A stretch of DNA of 64,000 nt from the human T2T-CHM13v2.0 reference genome, Homo sapiens, in NCBI RefSeq assembly GCF_009914755.1, contig NC_060930.1, one strand, 5' to 3'. Below, piece by piece: positions 33,782 to 54,184 of this stretch; position 1 is the stretch's first letter; each line of letters begins with the position of its first letter. The notes beneath the pieces were generated by a model that did no database searches, was not told where the DNA came from, and was given only the letters and a program-made list of their open reading frames with translations. Both the position numbers and the translations under genes were made by a program.

Positions 33782-35559
33782 TTATTCAGACTGAACTGAA
33801 TCTGCAGCCTGTGTGTGCTCTCTAGACCCACCTTGACACTTGGTTTGGGGAAGGCTTTCTCCTCCAAGGCTCTGGTTTGTCCCCAGTTTGTGCCACTGAG
33901 TTTCAGTCCCCTTCAACTGTGCCTGAAGGCTAGAATTTATGCCCCAGGGGGCAGGGGCCAGGGAGGGTGTCCTCAGCCTGTTCTTTACTTGACAGCCTGC
34001 ATCTGCCCCTATTTACATCCTCTGCAGTGCTGAACCTGCTTTCTGTGTTCATTCATTCTTTCCAAGCTCCACATGTGGCAGAAGGGTCTGGACTGGGATC
34101 AAGAGAGGCCGGCTAGGTTCTCAGCTCCATGATAGGCAAACCCCAGTTAGTATGGAGCTCGGCTTCCTCACTCACCCAGCTTCATTTGGATTCAGACCCG
34201 GGTTAAATACCTGCTGTGTGACCTGGTGTGTTAGCCAAAGTTGCTCAACCTTCATCTCCCCATTCGTAAAATGGGGGAAAGAATACCAACCTTGCAGGGT
34301 GCTGTGGGCATCAGAGATCATTACTCACAGTGCCCAGCACTGCGCAGACATTCATTAGCCAGCAATTGTTATCTACGATTGTCCTCAAACCCCCTTCCTA
34401 TTCTGAGAGAGATGCTGGGTCACAGGCTCCCATTCTTCAGGCTGGCATTTCAGTTCCATCTGGAAGATGAGTAGAGGCAGCCCTGAGGAACCTGCTAGGG
34501 GCTCAGAGGCACAGATGATGGCCAGATGTCACTCTTCCACTCCTATTCTTGGACCCTGGCCTGGGGTAGCTTGGCCTTCACCTTCCGGCTTCTCTGCGCA
34601 GCACTTACGGCCCTTCATGTTTGCACGTGTGCCCTCTGCTCCCTCTGCCTACATGAAGCAGAATGGAGGGTGGACTTTAGGTCTTCCTCCCAGTGCAAAC
34701 CTTCTCCTGTGAGACAGACTGCAAAGGGCCGAGGATAATCTGTGCTTGGTGACGTGAACTCATTCTCTAAGCTGAGGCCCTAACCTTTTGTTGTCATGGG
34801 CTCCACCAAGAAGCTGAGGATGAATGCTCAGAAATCTCCACTGTAACCAAGTTCTGCACAAAAATCTGCTGAGGTTTTGCATAGATTCTCCAGGGGCTCA
34901 TGACCACAAGTTCAGACACCTGAGCTCTGGTCCCTCCTCGTGTGTGTGCGGCAGCCTCTCCCAGGGTCTTGGTGCTCGCCTGCTCTCTGGAAGATTAACA
35001 AAGTCAGGGTGTTGGTTTTTCCAAGGGCTGAGTTGCTGCGGTTGGAAGTACTGAGGGTGACCTGTACGACCCTCCTCTCAGGTAGGGAGGACTGGGGGTC
35101 CTCGGCCACCCAAGAGGCTCCTGAAGAGGGCACCCTGAGGTGCCGGCATGTTCTGGACATCATCATTCATTGGGAGAATCTGACCAAATATGTCATTATA
35201 TTACATATGAGAACATTATAATCAGCACATTCTCAGCAAAAATGTTCACTTCTTTAACACTATTTTCTTCACACTATTGAGCTCTCATGCAAGTAGAGTT
35301 CGCCATTGATACTGTTTGCTGGATGATAATTAAGGATGACTTCCTACATTGTTCCCCAAACCTAGTGAACCATCAGAACCACCTGGGAAGCTAATACAGA
35401 CTATTCAGCCCCATGCCAAACTTATTGAACTTGGATCTTCTTTGGAGAGGCCCAAAAAACTGTACTTTTAAAATAAGTGTCATCAGTGAACCTAATGATT
35501 AACTAAGATTAGGAAACAAGGACTTAATATTGAGTAACATTTAACCTTCCTAAAGAAGG

Positions 35560-36195
<636 letters not shown>

Positions 36196-38370
36196 TGAGA
36201 AATCAAATAATTGATGTTATATACCCAAAGTATTTTAAATATATTTATTAGTTTGATCACTGTTCTCTGACAATTTAAGGCAGCTTTGAGAGATACATGA
36301 AGCACAGTAAGTTTTTGTTTGTTTGTTTTGTTTTTTTTAACTGAAGCTAGAGAAATGAGGCAAAGTAGATTGAAACAGGCATTAAACTAAAACTGCGTGG
36401 TAACCTCACACATCAAATTTCACTGGAGCAATCCAACTCTTTTATATTTCTGTCTCACTCTCCCTCTCTCTTTTTCCATTAAGTGGTTTTGAGGTCATCT
36501 CAAGTGAGGCCATTTCATCAAACTAGACTTTATAACAAAGTACTTTAAGAGGACCAGGGTGAAGCCACTCACTCCATTTTTATGGTCAGTGATCACAGCA
36601 TCCCTGACCCTTATAGTCTAGTGTGGAGGTGGTGGGTGGAGTGGGGGAGACAGATAGTAAACAAATCACCATAAAAATAAATGAGACAACAACAGGGTGT
36701 GTTTAGGACTGAGACAAAAATGAAGACGGGTGCTGTGCTGGGAAGTGTCCAGGGTGCCCTGGGATCAGAAGGTCAGAGAAGGCCTCTGAGGAGACAGCTT
36801 TTGTGTGGAGCCCTGCAGGGCATGGGGCCCAGCTGGGTGACCCTCGGGGCAGAGCATTCTAGTCAGAGGGAAGCTGGCACAAGGGCCCAAAGGCAGGGCT
36901 GTGTTTGGGGTATGGGAGGAACAGGAAGAACATCTGTGAGTTGGCAACTAATGGCTTTTTTCCCCAGCTGGGTAAAAAGTGTTATTAAAAACCCAATGTA
37001 TCTGGAATATTGTAGCGGGTGCTACTGCCACATCCCAGGCCACCACCTGTGGATTTTTGTTTGTCCTTGAGAGCGATCTGGTGAGGCCTTCACCCTTCCT
37101 CCTCCCTCTGTACTTTCCCCTGATGGGTGTCCCTCTTTGATGGCATCTCCAAAACTTCACCTTATCACCTTTTCTTGGTCCTTTTCCTCTTGCTGCCATA
37201 ATACAAAAGCCTGTACCACTGAGCAGAATGCCACCTCCTCCAGGAAGCCTTTCTCAGTCCTAGTCAGCATGAACCAGCAGTAAGCGTCTTTGACTCCAGT
37301 CTCCCACAGCACTCTGTGAGTATTTCTCCAGCAGCTCTTGCTTCTCTCTACCCTGGACTGTATGGCATGTCTTGCAAACACTTCCCTCATCCCAGTACCT
37401 CAGGCAGCCTCAGGAATGGGATCTGGGCTTTATTCTTCACTGTGTCCCACCTATGCTGGGTCCGAATGGGTATCTGCAAATTATAGAGCTTATTGGCTGT
37501 TCACAGGCAGTTCGTGAAGCCAGTGTCATGGAGCAGCTGAGCTTTGCTCACCCTGGGTTAGGCGCTTGGGAGGGATAAGAAGGATAAGGCACAGCTGTTG
37601 CTCTTAAGAAGCTTAGAAATCTCTGGTGGTGGGGGCAGGCAGGCAGGCAAGGCCAGCACACTGACAGTACCAGTGTGGGGCAGTGGTCGCCAAACTGAGG
37701 CAGGAGGGGCACACCACAGAGCACTTGACGACCACGGGTACCCAGCAGGAAGAAAGCACAAGAAATTCTATTTTGTTGTATTAGTGATCTGAAAAATTAG
37801 AAATAAAAATTGTTTTACTCATTTTTGCCATCTGGATGGTCCTTAGCACCTCTCTGTGTCCATTGTGAGCCAGCCATGGTCTAACACCTTTCATCCCCAA
37901 GGAGACGTGGCATTCGTAATGCTGAGGCCTTGAGGATGGCATTGTCACTTGTGCACTCACCCACAGTGAGTCACCTCACACTACAGTTTACGTGCTACAG
38001 GATGTTATGGACATAAGTAATTTTATAAAGACAAGACTTTAAGAAATTTTTTTAAACTTTTTTCTTTCCCATTAACTTTTACAGAAGGCACAAGATCTTT
38101 ATAGCAGAATCTTTACAGTATTTTGTAAATGAAATGGTGGGGGTAGGGGTGGCCATGACAATCTTTTGTACCACATAAAGGGTTTTGGATTGCTCATGGC
38201 AGTGTATAAATGAATTGTTGGACTTAAAGATGAATTATGCACTTTCTTTGAAAAACAATTTTTAAAATCCTTGATTGTCCTAAATTTGCCGACCTTTCCT
38301 ATAGGAAGTGGTTCACTAGTATGCTACTACAAGTATTTTAAAAATTAGTACTTTCAAGGTATGGGTGATG

Positions 38371-38689
<319 letters not shown>

Positions 38690-38829
38690 TAACAAGAGTG
38701 AGAAAGAAGAGCCCTTATAACATCAGTGACTGCTGCTAGAAAGAGAACATCTGAGCATCTCTGGAAATGTTGCATCATGATGTGATTTGTAGCCAAAAAT
38801 TATATTAGGTATTATTTATTTTAAAACTC

Positions 38830-41050
<2,221 letters not shown>

Positions 41051-41324
41051 CTGTGTGTTGAAACAGTACCTTGCTTTTCACGATAATAAAATACCGTCTA
41101 AAATGAATGTTGATAAACTACTCTAGAGCAGTGGATCTTTTAAGTGCCCACTTTGCAGACCAACCCTTAGCGCAGTGTCCAACAGCCAGTATAGGCACTC
41201 CACAAAATGTCAATGCAACTGAATGGCTTGTCTCCACCACACGCTGACGGTTCTCTGTAGCTGAATGGAGGGTGAGGGGACCTAAGGAAGAACATACAAT
41301 GAAAGCCACAGGTACATGCCTTTT

Positions 41325-41440
41325 ACATTTTCTCTCCTCCTTTTCCTCCTCTTTCTCCTCCCTCTCCCTCCTTCTCTCTTTTCCCTTTCCTCTCTCCCCT
41401 CTCCCTTTATCTTCACCTTTCTCCCTTTCCTCCTTCCCTC
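41325..41440. repeat. CT-rich low-complexity tract
   Basis: Nearly pure pyrimidine. Confidence 0.85.
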
Positions 41441-41528
41441 ATCAAACCTCAGAAGATCACGGAGCATGGGAGTTTGAAGTAAGGAGTACAGGAAATGAAG
41501 ATTGAAATTTGCATGTATGCTCAGCTCA

Positions 41529-41547
41529 CAGCCACCAGATGGCGGGA
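41529..41547 (+). promoter_or_regulatory. Candidate CTCF site
   Basis: cagCCACCAGATGGCGgga closely matches the CCASYAGRKGGCR consensus. Confidence 0.6.
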
Positions 41548-44500
41548 GGAGATCAGGAAATTCAGGCAAAGCCCTTCTGCTCCAACTTAAAGAAACCACA
41601 ACCAGCCAGCACCTGGCCAGCTTGCTTTTCTGGGTAAGTGACTATGTACAGAAATACTTTTTGTTTTCCATAACTCTCTGTAAAGCAATACCAGGTGCTG
41701 GCCAAAGCAAGTAGATGCTGTGTAATTTGATAGTGAATGTACCCATAGGAAGGGACAGTGTGTTTCTGCTTCTCCTTCCCTCTGCCTTTTCTTTCTGCAT
41801 CTGCAAAATAGGGGTTCTGGTTGTGACCTGCCTCACTGTGATAAGTCCGCTGAGAGATAAAATGAGCAAAGTGCCCTGTGTGCCACAGATGACAGATGTT
41901 TTTCTAGGAAGAATGGCATCAGTGCACCATGTGTGTCTGACCACCACCACCCACAAGGAACACATGAAGTGCCCTGGTACTGTGGTAGCTGTGAACCTTG
42001 GGGTGATCTCTAAACATGCTTCCAATCCTGATGTCATTCTTTAGCTAAGTAAGACAATGACACCCACTGAGTTACACTCACCAGAAAAAGTTGCCCCATG
42101 ACAGGTACCAGAGTCAACGGAGAAAGATATTTTCTTGGTAAGAATGGTTCTGGGAGGGACAGATTTGGAGCCAGGAGCTGTAGGTGAGATTTCAGCCTTG
42201 CTCTAACCAAGTCTGACCCTCCAGCCTCGCTCTCCCACCTGCAAATGAGAGTGATGCCTGTCCCTTAGCAGAGATGATGTGGAAGCACTCATTCTGACCT
42301 GAATAGACTTGGTATATATACCATGTGTGGAAGTTAGAGATGTTTCCTCCTCATTCTTCGTGTTGAATTTCACCCTTTTCTGAGGATATCTGAGTCTCTG
42401 CACTAAGGAGAGGTGGAGTCCACAGGCTGAGAGGTGCCTCACCATACTAGAAGCATGCCGAGTAGGCACTGTCTCAGGCCAGCTGGTTGACCAGTTTTGG
42501 CTTCTTTCTCCTTCTAGTGGGTAACTTCATCCTGTTTTACAAATATCATGGTTATTTCTTGGCATATTAAGCTGTGAGATGAGCCATGTAACTGGAGTCA
42601 ATGTATGTTTTCATTTTAATCAGAAAATTCTTGAGACTTCACCAAAGGTCTTTCTGTTCCCATACTGTCCCTCCAAATATCTTACACATGGCAGATAGGA
42701 GGTAAGATTAAAAACAAACGGTAGGAGATGCTACAGTTACTATGATGAAAGCCCTTGGAGCAGGCGGCAGAGTGCTCAGGCCTCGAATGGGAGTCAAGGG
42801 ATCTGGTTCTCCAGGTGCAGTCAGGGACAGCCTCAGACTGGCCCTTGGGAAAACCAGAAAACCAGAAAACCTGACCTGAAAACACGCCCTTCTTCAACAG
42901 CAATGTTTTCTGGAATGAGCACTTGGAGAAAGTTTGGTGGTTCAAAGGAAAGGAACCTAAGGAACAGAATGAAAGTGAAGGCATGTCATTGGTCAAAACA
43001 ACTTTGCAACAAGGGAGGCACTGGCGGAGGCACCTTCTAGAAGTACACTGGAAGCCTGAAGAAGGCTACAGTCCAATGCACAGCCCAGCTGCTGGCTTGC
43101 AGCACAACTTGCTGCCTCCCGCCATGTGGCTGAATGCACACAGGGGTGCCCTGACACTGGCCATTTTGCAAAGATCCAGGGGACAATGGCAGCTGGTAGC
43201 AGCAGGAGTGGGGAGCCCACAGCAAAGGGATTAATGATGATCCACAGGGACCCCTGTGGAGAGATGTCAAACAGCATCTGCAGATGATTCTAGCAAGTAC
43301 AGCAGTAGCCAGGGGTATTAGCAGTATTAGGATAACATGTGGCTCAGGTTGCAAAGTGGACCAATCCACCCTGGTTAACTGTAGGGTTCACTCAGGCAAA
43401 ACAATGGTGCAAATACCACTGAGGCCTCCATTGACAAGACCCAGTTTCACCTCCCAAGATTGTTGTGAAACTTCATCCCTTCAGGAGAAAGATGCTCCAA
43501 CCTTGGGTCTCATCCCTGAGGTGAATCCCTTTTCAGCAACTATTCAATTTTTTTAAGCTATGCAAGATTAGAATAGGGTGATGGTGGTGGTTATAAAACT
43601 CAGAATAAATATTAAGCTTTATTATATAGCTCATCTCTTTTTTAAAAGGGATATTTTTCTCCAATGTGAATCTTTCCTGTGACAACAGTTATAGGTCAAG
43701 GAAGGCAGAACTACAAAGATATTAAGTCCATTCTCTATTAGGGTAGAATTCCCTTGCTGATGCAAAAGTGCTGGCATTTTTTTCCTTAGCCTCATCCCCA
43801 AAGAAAAGGAAGCCAGTGATATGGGCATGGACTAATCGGCAGTCAGGAAAAAAAAAGAGCCATTGATAGTTTTGCCCAACTTTTCTGCACAAGATAGCCC
43901 TTTTTAATGTCAGACGGTTTCAAGGCATCTCCCATGATTGCTTTTACCCACTGATTGAGAAAAATTCATAATGATAAATATTTATAAGGCATATAAATAC
44001 CATTCAAAAATAGTAGCACATGGTTGTGTGAGGTATGGTTTCTCAATCTCAGGCAATGTTTGGAGGCCACTGGCAGAGCTGTTGTAACAGCTCCAGGAAA
44101 CCCAGAAGGGAAAAAGGCCAAGACACATCCCTTCCCCGAAGAACTCCACCATCTGGTTTTTAAAGAATGGGCCTACATAGGGCTTAGCTCCACAGCCTTG
44201 ACATTAGCACGGCATGCATGGGGCAGACAGGGACCTGGCACTTGACAGAATGCCTTCTCCGCAGGGTTCCTCTGGAAGTGTTCACTGCTAAATAACTGAG
44301 GACTACTGAGGAGACAGGAGGGGAAGAAAGGGGAGGTGGGGGATTACCATAATAAAACTGCAGCCTGATAGGCCAGCAGCTGCTGCAATGAGCCCCCCAC
44401 CCCCTACCCTAGGGGAGCCAGACTGGACAAAAGCAAGATGATGGACCCATTCTCTTACCTTAGGACCTCAACTCCTGACATTAGCATAGCCTGGTATAGA

Positions 44501-46267
44501 GCTGAGGACAAGTTCACCCCCTGCACTCCCACGCCACATCAGGGTAAAGGCCAGAACACTTGTGGTCAGATGCTGTCTCAGGACCCCAGAACCTCAAACA
44601 GGAGAGGAGCAGGTGGCTGTGAGTGGTTCCGTGGCTGAGGTCTTCCTTCAGAACCTCTCCAAGGCCCAGCCGGCTAGAGAGATGCAAGCCTTGTGAGATA
44701 GGAACTTAGCCTGAAGCCATCGATTGGGCTATATTACAGGGTCATTCCAGCACTTTGAAAAACAGATTTCACTTCTCTACCTAGAAATTAGTCCTCTTAT
44801 CTTGGATACCTTAGAGGGAAATGGTAAAGAAAAAAATTAATCAGTGACCTGATCCTCCAAGCCCAGCCAGTGATCAGATTTTGGTTGGGGATGGGGGCAG
44901 TCTGTTTCCCACCCCCTGCCATCCAGGAGGAGCTCTATAGTCCAAGGCTTCTTTTTGGGAGGGCAAGGGGTTGCCATGTGAGTGCAAGCAGGTACCCTGG
45001 CTAAGCACAGAAGAACACAAGAAAGATTTTATATTTTATGTTCAAGTGAGGGGTAAAGTGGTAACTATGGGAAGGAAAGCTAATTGGGGCAGATTATAAT
45101 AAATCACAGATCACCAGGAAGTTTGAACCCACAGCTGGATGCAGGTAAAGAAAATGAGGTCTTCCTAAAGAACATCTCTGAAACACTCTAACAAAAACTA
45201 ACAAGAACCGGTTGCCTTATGGCAATGCCAATTCAGCAGAAATGAGGATCTCCCAGAGCAGTAGATTTTCTATGATTAGAAGTCAAATGAGTCCAATAAA
45301 TTAATTATAATATTTTTCTCTCCTCTTTTGCACTCAGGAGCACTTGGCATCCTTTATCAGGGCCATGATTACATTAGGTACCTGCAAAAAGCTTTGATAA
45401 AAATAATCTGATTTTCTATAGCTCTGATGATTTGCTGATTTGGTAAAAGGTCAGAACCTGCTACCAATGGCACCCTCTGTGGTCAGGAACTGTGGCTTAA
45501 CTACCAACTGTTTCTTGTGCCCAGTGATATCATAGATATGGGAAGAGTTCAAGGATTAAACCTTCCTTCCTCCCTCCCTCTCTTCCTTCGTTCTACATTT
45601 ATTGAGTGCCTGCTATGTGCTGAATATACAAAGACCAGTTAGACACAATGCCTGGCCTCAATGAGCTTCCAGTCTAGTGAGAAAACAGCCCTTGCTAAAA
45701 AATCAGCTAAGTTCAAAGGTTAGAAATAGCTAAACCATGAAGAAATAATGAACATTCACAAACATGTAAACAAGGGAAAACACAACAGCTTTGTGGAATT
45801 TTACCTGTCAGTGATACAGGCCAGAAGTTTTGCTTGTAAATTGGTGCACACAGAGGGTGTTGGGTAAATGCTTGTTGAAGAAATTCATTAACATAGTCAC
45901 AGAAGCTAGCCCTAGAAACTGCGTCTGAGATTCTCTAGTTCAGCACTTTCATTTATAAAAGAGGAAACTGAGACTCAGGGAGGTCAAATGTGTTGGGTGA
46001 GCCAAGGATGGAGCAGGGTAGAGCAGCCACATCTCCTGGTTCCTGTGCCCTTTCTCTCACATTGATTCCTGACCTGGGCAACCTGGGTCTTCAACATGTG
46101 CTTTTCTGAAAAGGGATCAGGAGACAGACTTTACCCTCTAGTAGCTCAGAGTAAGAGAGGAAAGATCCCACTGCAAAAGGACTTAACAGAACTAAATGAG
46201 GCTGAGGCTGTGAGAGAAGGAAGTGGGTTTCTCAGCATTCAACAAGACAGAATAAACAGTTAAAGGT

Positions 46268-46619
<352 letters not shown>

Positions 46620-47109
46620 TCAACTGGGCTAGTGCAGCATGACCCTCCAGCAGCATTTCCTTGGGTGGTAAACTTCGTTAGTTAAAGCAGAGTGTCTGTG
46701 AGGACAGAGCCAGGGCCTGGTCCCCAGTGAGGGGCTCATGTGGGCCAGAGGCAACATGCCTCCAACCCGGTCAGTTGTCTTCCAGGTGAGGATAAGGGGA
46801 AGCAGGGTGCAGGGATGGAGACTGTAGCAACATGGGGAGAGTGTGGTCTTTACAGTCAGCCAGGCCTGGGTTCAAGTCTCAGCTCTGCCAGCACCTCAGC
46901 TGGGAAATCTCAGGCCTGTGGCCAAACTTCAATCTCCTCATTTATATAATGGGGATAAAATTATCTCCTTTATAGGGATGATTTTATAATCCTTTATATT
47001 ATGATTTTTATGATGATTAAATATATACATTTAGAAGCTTCTAGTTATAGGCACTACTTCTTAGTAGGTATGCAGTAAATCTTAGTTAAATCTGAATTGT
47101 TTAAATCCA

Positions 47110-48530
<1,421 letters not shown>

Positions 48531-49279
48531 TGAAAAAAAAATGCGTATGCTGAAGAAGGAGACAGAAGCACCATCCTCATAGATGTGGGACAAGTAAAAA
48601 ATACAGGTGTTTTATAAAATATTTCTTTGTTTCATTTTGGGTAAGTTGAAAGATGCAAGGTTAATAAACATTTTTTACATATGAGAGAATAAAGTAGCAC
48701 TAGGTAGGATACTATTAAAGACTTCTAGACAGAATTTTCCAAGCCATCTAACATTCTCATCTTCTGAGTATTTCTTGAATGCAGAAATTAAGCAACACGA
48801 CATATAAATTTTGACCTGGTCTCATTCCAATATTAATGTACAACAATTGTGAAAAAGTGGAGAGGGACTAACTGAAAACAGATATAGACAAACTAGTTTT
48901 TATGCTTTTGTGAAAGGAATGCAATTCTCATTGTTCACTTGGGGATCAATTAGTTTGACAAGAATAATTTTTTTATAATATCAAGTTTATAAGAGGGAAA
49001 TGGGTCAAGATGGCTGCCTCTTTTGGACTGGGCCTCATGGAATTCTTCTGCCAGTAGTTTTCTTCAGATCTGATTATTTAGCAGGTAAAGAAACCTGATT
49101 TTGCTACTTTACCCAGAGTTTTCAGATCTGGGGGACTGCTGACAGTGGTTTTTGAGGCCACTGACATTTCCTATAGCCCCTACTCTGCTGCCCATCCACT
49201 GGAAAAAGGCGAGCCTGTGCAGGCCACAGCCTCTCTGGTTCCCAGGCTCCACATAGGTCACATGGACCCTACTGGTCAT

Positions 49280-49295
49280 GGTTGTCATGACAACC
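49280..49295. promoter_or_regulatory. Perfect 16-bp palindrome, RFX X-box-like
   Basis: GGTTGTCATGACAACC resembles the RFX dimer site GTTGCCATGGCAAC. Confidence 0.45.
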
Positions 49296-50574
49296 TACTC
49301 CCTCTTCAATAACATATTAATATTTTCGTGGCACAAGTGAAAAGAAAGGGCCCAGCTCAAACCTCATCTTTTTACCGAATGGCAATATCCCCAGAAACTC
49401 CAAGAGGGGTTTCACTTTCCATAGAAAATAGGAAGGCCTGACCCAAAGTGACTGGATTTGGTCAAGTTCCCTAAATAGGATGAGAACCACAGGGATTGTG
49501 TTTGTTTATGGAATTACTCACTTGGCTTCATTATTTGTTTCCAAAATACAGATTTTATAAAAGTCATTTTAAGTGTAAAAAAAAAACCCTTCAGATTATA
49601 CATTTGAGAAGTGAAGTTGCAAAAGGACTCTTGATACTGTGTGAATGTGTGAGGTTCAGATGTTATGCTTTCATAAAATAACTTGTGTTTGAAGGCCTGG
49701 AGACTTCCTCCTCACAGATGTCTCACTTAGTGATTCTGTCACCTATTTTGGTGGCTTCAGCTGTCTCTCCAGAAATGAGCACAAGGAGCCCCTAAGGAGA
49801 CACAGATATGGGATATTAAAGGAATGTGAACTATGCCAGGGAGTGGGAAAGGAAGGGAGGTAAGCCTTTCTAACACGTGGAGCAGAGCTGCTTTCCGAGG
49901 AAAGTGAATCTGACCCCCAGCCAAAACCACTTCTCTGGTGAAAACTCCGATGGTCTCAGGCCAGATGACTTGGACACCATCTCTTGGAGTGGGAAGACAA
50001 GGCCTCACAAGCTTGTCCCACTAACACCATTAGGACCTCTACTCTGAGAGACCACCAAGTAGGGCTCAACCAGGACCTGAACTGAGAGAAAAGTTCCTCC
50101 AACAAAGGAAAAATTTTCTTCTGAGACAGTTGAACCATCGCTAATGGATAGCATTCAGACTCAAATACACTATCTTTATAGGGGCTGTGGTAGCTTGACT
50201 TGGTACTTTTCTTTCTTTGTCTACAGGTAAACAGAACCCAACGCAGCTGGAGAAATGAGAGGAAAGGGTTCCCCATCTGTCCATGGGACTGGCCTTTCCC
50301 CCATACTCATGCTCTTCTATGTGTGCCGCTGTCTTCTGACAGGGGCAGGAGAGGCCTTGCAAGGCTGAGGACTGTCATTTAGCTCCATTTCTTTGTTTCT
50401 TTACTTCATTCTGTGCCCCTGCTATTAGTTGATCTTCTTGTTGACTCTTTACTGGGTTATTACACCATCAACCAGGGTCATTTACACTGTCCTAATATCA
50501 GGACCTACGGTATTTTCTACATCACTGGAGCCTTTGCCTTCCTCGGGCACTCTACGTGTGTCCTCACCTAGAGG

Positions 50575-50720
50575 TTTATAGATTTATTATAAAGAATATT
50601 ACAAAGGATACAGAAGAAGAGGTATAGAGGGCAAGGTATAGGGGAAGGGGTGTGGAGGTTCCGTGCCCTCCTGGGTACGCTACCCTGAAGGAACCTCCTT
50701 CTGGTCAGCTATCTGGTAAT
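50575..50720. mobile_element. ERV LTR fragment (MER21/MER4-group-like)
   Basis: aaaggatacagaagaagaggtatagagggcaaggtataggggaagggg...gtgccctcctggg...ggaacctcc..cagctatctgg. Confidence 0.6.
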
Positions 50721-51086
50721 TCCTTTACTTAGCAGTTTTCTATGCCAAGATGTGCAGTCACATGCACACAGGCCTCATGCTAGCTTGAAAATTTTAGACT
50801 GTTTACATCAGAGTCGCAAAATTTGCCAAACATTTTATTTTTCCTCTGCTGTCTTCCAGTTTCACAGGTTTACTCCATTTCTAGATATGGATGTGGGAGG
50901 AACAATAATCAGATTTAATGTCCCTGGAGCTCCAAATCACATCCTTTGGGGGGCTTTAGTACCAGGTTATTCCAGGAAACTTTACACATAAGTGGACATG
51001 CCAAACCAAACCAGGGAGATGCGATGTATTGTGCAGAGTAATGAATGATTCCACATGGCCTTGATTTCTTTGAAGTACCACTTCAA

Positions 51087-51744
<658 letters not shown>

Positions 51745-53473
51745 TAAATAGATTTTCTAACACATGGACATGGACACATGCTCACTTCACAAATTTTTGC
51801 AAGATGAGAAATGGAGTAGATGGACCACTTACAAAGCTCAATGCCATTTGCTGGAGGCCAGTCAGCTGGAAGCATTGCATTAATTTTGATTTTGTCTTCC
51901 TTTCCTCTAGAAGAGATTGATTAACATTTACAACAGGAGTTTTTACATTTACATTTTAAAAATGTAGTCACAACTCTCATTCTTACTGCTGGGTTTCAAA
52001 AAAAATTGAGTACTTTGTTTCTAACTTCCTTCAATTGACAAACGATAACATATAGTGTTTAGCCTGATCCCTGTGTCTTCAAGGACATAATATCTAGCTG
52101 GGAAGAAAAACAAAGAAGTATTTTGATTTCAAATCTACTCAGTTGTTTTTTATAGACTCTTGTTCCTTTCTTCTATTTTCAAACTTCCTTTTTGTTTAAA
52201 CCTATTAAGTACACTTATTTTCTGTGTCAGCTTATTCTCATACCCCAGCCTTTGTGTATCTGACCTTACATTTTGTTTCTGTCTGCTCCTACATGGAGCC
52301 TTGCTTATTATATGTTTTGTGTTTTCTGATTATGATTATGGAAGTTCTTTGGGGCCTAGGCTCAAGATAGCCCTCCAAGAGGATGTGTCTTTCCTTCTGC
52401 CAGTTGTTAAAAGCACCACAAACTGGGGCTCATGAAGTTTTTAAAATAATTCCATGGTATCATGAATTTTGGTCATAATATTACATACGGACCACACCAT
52501 AGTTGTGAATTTTCAAGGAAGAATATTTTTTATACTCTTTTATTCAGGGCTTTGATCAAGACAGACGATTTTTCCTGGGATCCTCTTCTGCAAAGCCAGT
52601 TAATTTCACATTCGCCTTTACTTTGGCCCTTTGGACTTCTGGTTTTAGGGGGGTAGAGTCTTCTTATTCTCCTGATCTTGGACAAGACTGAGGATTTATC
52701 TTCTGTGTCCCAGACTCTACACACCTGTCAAAGTAGAAGCTCAAATGTTGTCAGATTTTCTAGGAGTGTGCTCACTTCCCACCTTAACTTTGTTTTTGGT
52801 CTCTGTGGGTTTCTTCCTTTTTTGCCAGCTCAATAAAATCCATTTAAAAAATTTTTAAAAATCTTATCCAGCTTTAGTTTTCATCAGGAAGTTTGTTCTG
52901 GTTATTTGCTCCATTGTGTTAAATTGAAGTACTTTAAAAACAAGGTTAGATAATGTATAATCAGTTGCTAAGCAGAATCGACGTACAGTTTCTCCAGTGC
53001 TTCTGTTTCCTTTACTTTCTATTCAGAACAAATCTTCCTCCTCAGAATGCAAGACAGTGGCTGAGTGGAGTAGGGGCAATGGTGTGCTGGCAGACTGGCC
53101 CTCCGAAAGAAGAAAAGGAAGGAAAAAAAAAAGCAAGCAAGCCTTGATGGATTTGCCAATTTCTGTGATGTAAATACTCCCATAGTAGTCCATTTCAAAC
53201 TACCAAGATGTGCACAGTCTTCTCTCATGAACTGGAGCGGGTCAATGCCACTATGAAGGTAAAAGATCCAAATCAGGGTGGCTAAGTCACCCAGAGATTG
53301 GTGGGGAGAGCCTGATGAGGAAGAGGTGAACTAACTAGAGCACATACCAGCTAACTGTTACCCTGTGGGTATAGTGCCAGTGTTACCATATCTTCCAATT
53401 TCTCAAGAAGAGCTAGAAATCCAAATTTTAGGTGAAATCTCTTCCTTTTAAATGTTGGCAACAGACTAAGAAA

Positions 53474-53712
53474 CTTTTTTTTTTTTTTAAGAGATGGAGT
53501 CTTTCTCTGTCATCCAAGCTGTAGTGCAGTGGCACAATCATATTTCACTGCAGCCTTGAATTCCTGGACTCAAGTGATCCTCCCACCTCAGCCTCCCAAG
53601 CACCTGGGGGACTACAGGTGCATGCCACCACACCTAGCTAATTTTAAAAGATTTTAGAGATGGGGGTCTTGCTATCTTGCTCAGGCTGGTCTTGAATTCC
53701 TGACCTCAAGAG
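53474..53712 (-). mobile_element. 5'-truncated AluJ-like element
   Basis: Reverse Alu ending at ...tgacctcaagagatc. Confidence 0.85.
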
Positions 53713-54184
53713 ATCAAAAATTTAAAAAACACCAGAGAGAACCAAAAACTAACCCTATTGGGGCAGATTTGGCCAGATAACCACTAGCTTTAGACAGGTT
53801 GGGGAAGTGTCTCGGGTTATGTTTGCTTATCTGGTTCCAGCCCCTTTTCTCCAGGCCAAAAGGCTCACATAAAGCCCCCTTTCTTTAGGCTCATTTTGGA
53901 GAGGCAGTGCAGTACTGGGGAAGAGGAGAATGCACCATGGACTCAGAATTCTCAGTTCGAATCCTAGGCCTGCCACTCACTGTGTGACCTGAGGCAAATC
54001 CTGGTAAAATGAGAGGGATGGTCCCTGCTGTGGTAGGTTGTTCTAGAAACAAACCGAGATGTTTTGTGTATGGAAGCTGCCCCCTGTGTGTAGTCAGTTC
54101 ATGGCTCTGTCCTCATTCTAAGCAGGAACCAGAGAGTCAGAGCTGAAGGCAAACGCTGGCATGTGCAGCACAGAGACCTCTATC

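Noticed and set aside
45469-45485. Additional CTCF-like sites at ~45469 and ~58591
   Set aside because: Core spacing is off by one base in each.
49750-50550. Possible ERV/MaLR internal sequence
   Set aside because: Too degenerate to assign by eye; needs a Dfam search.
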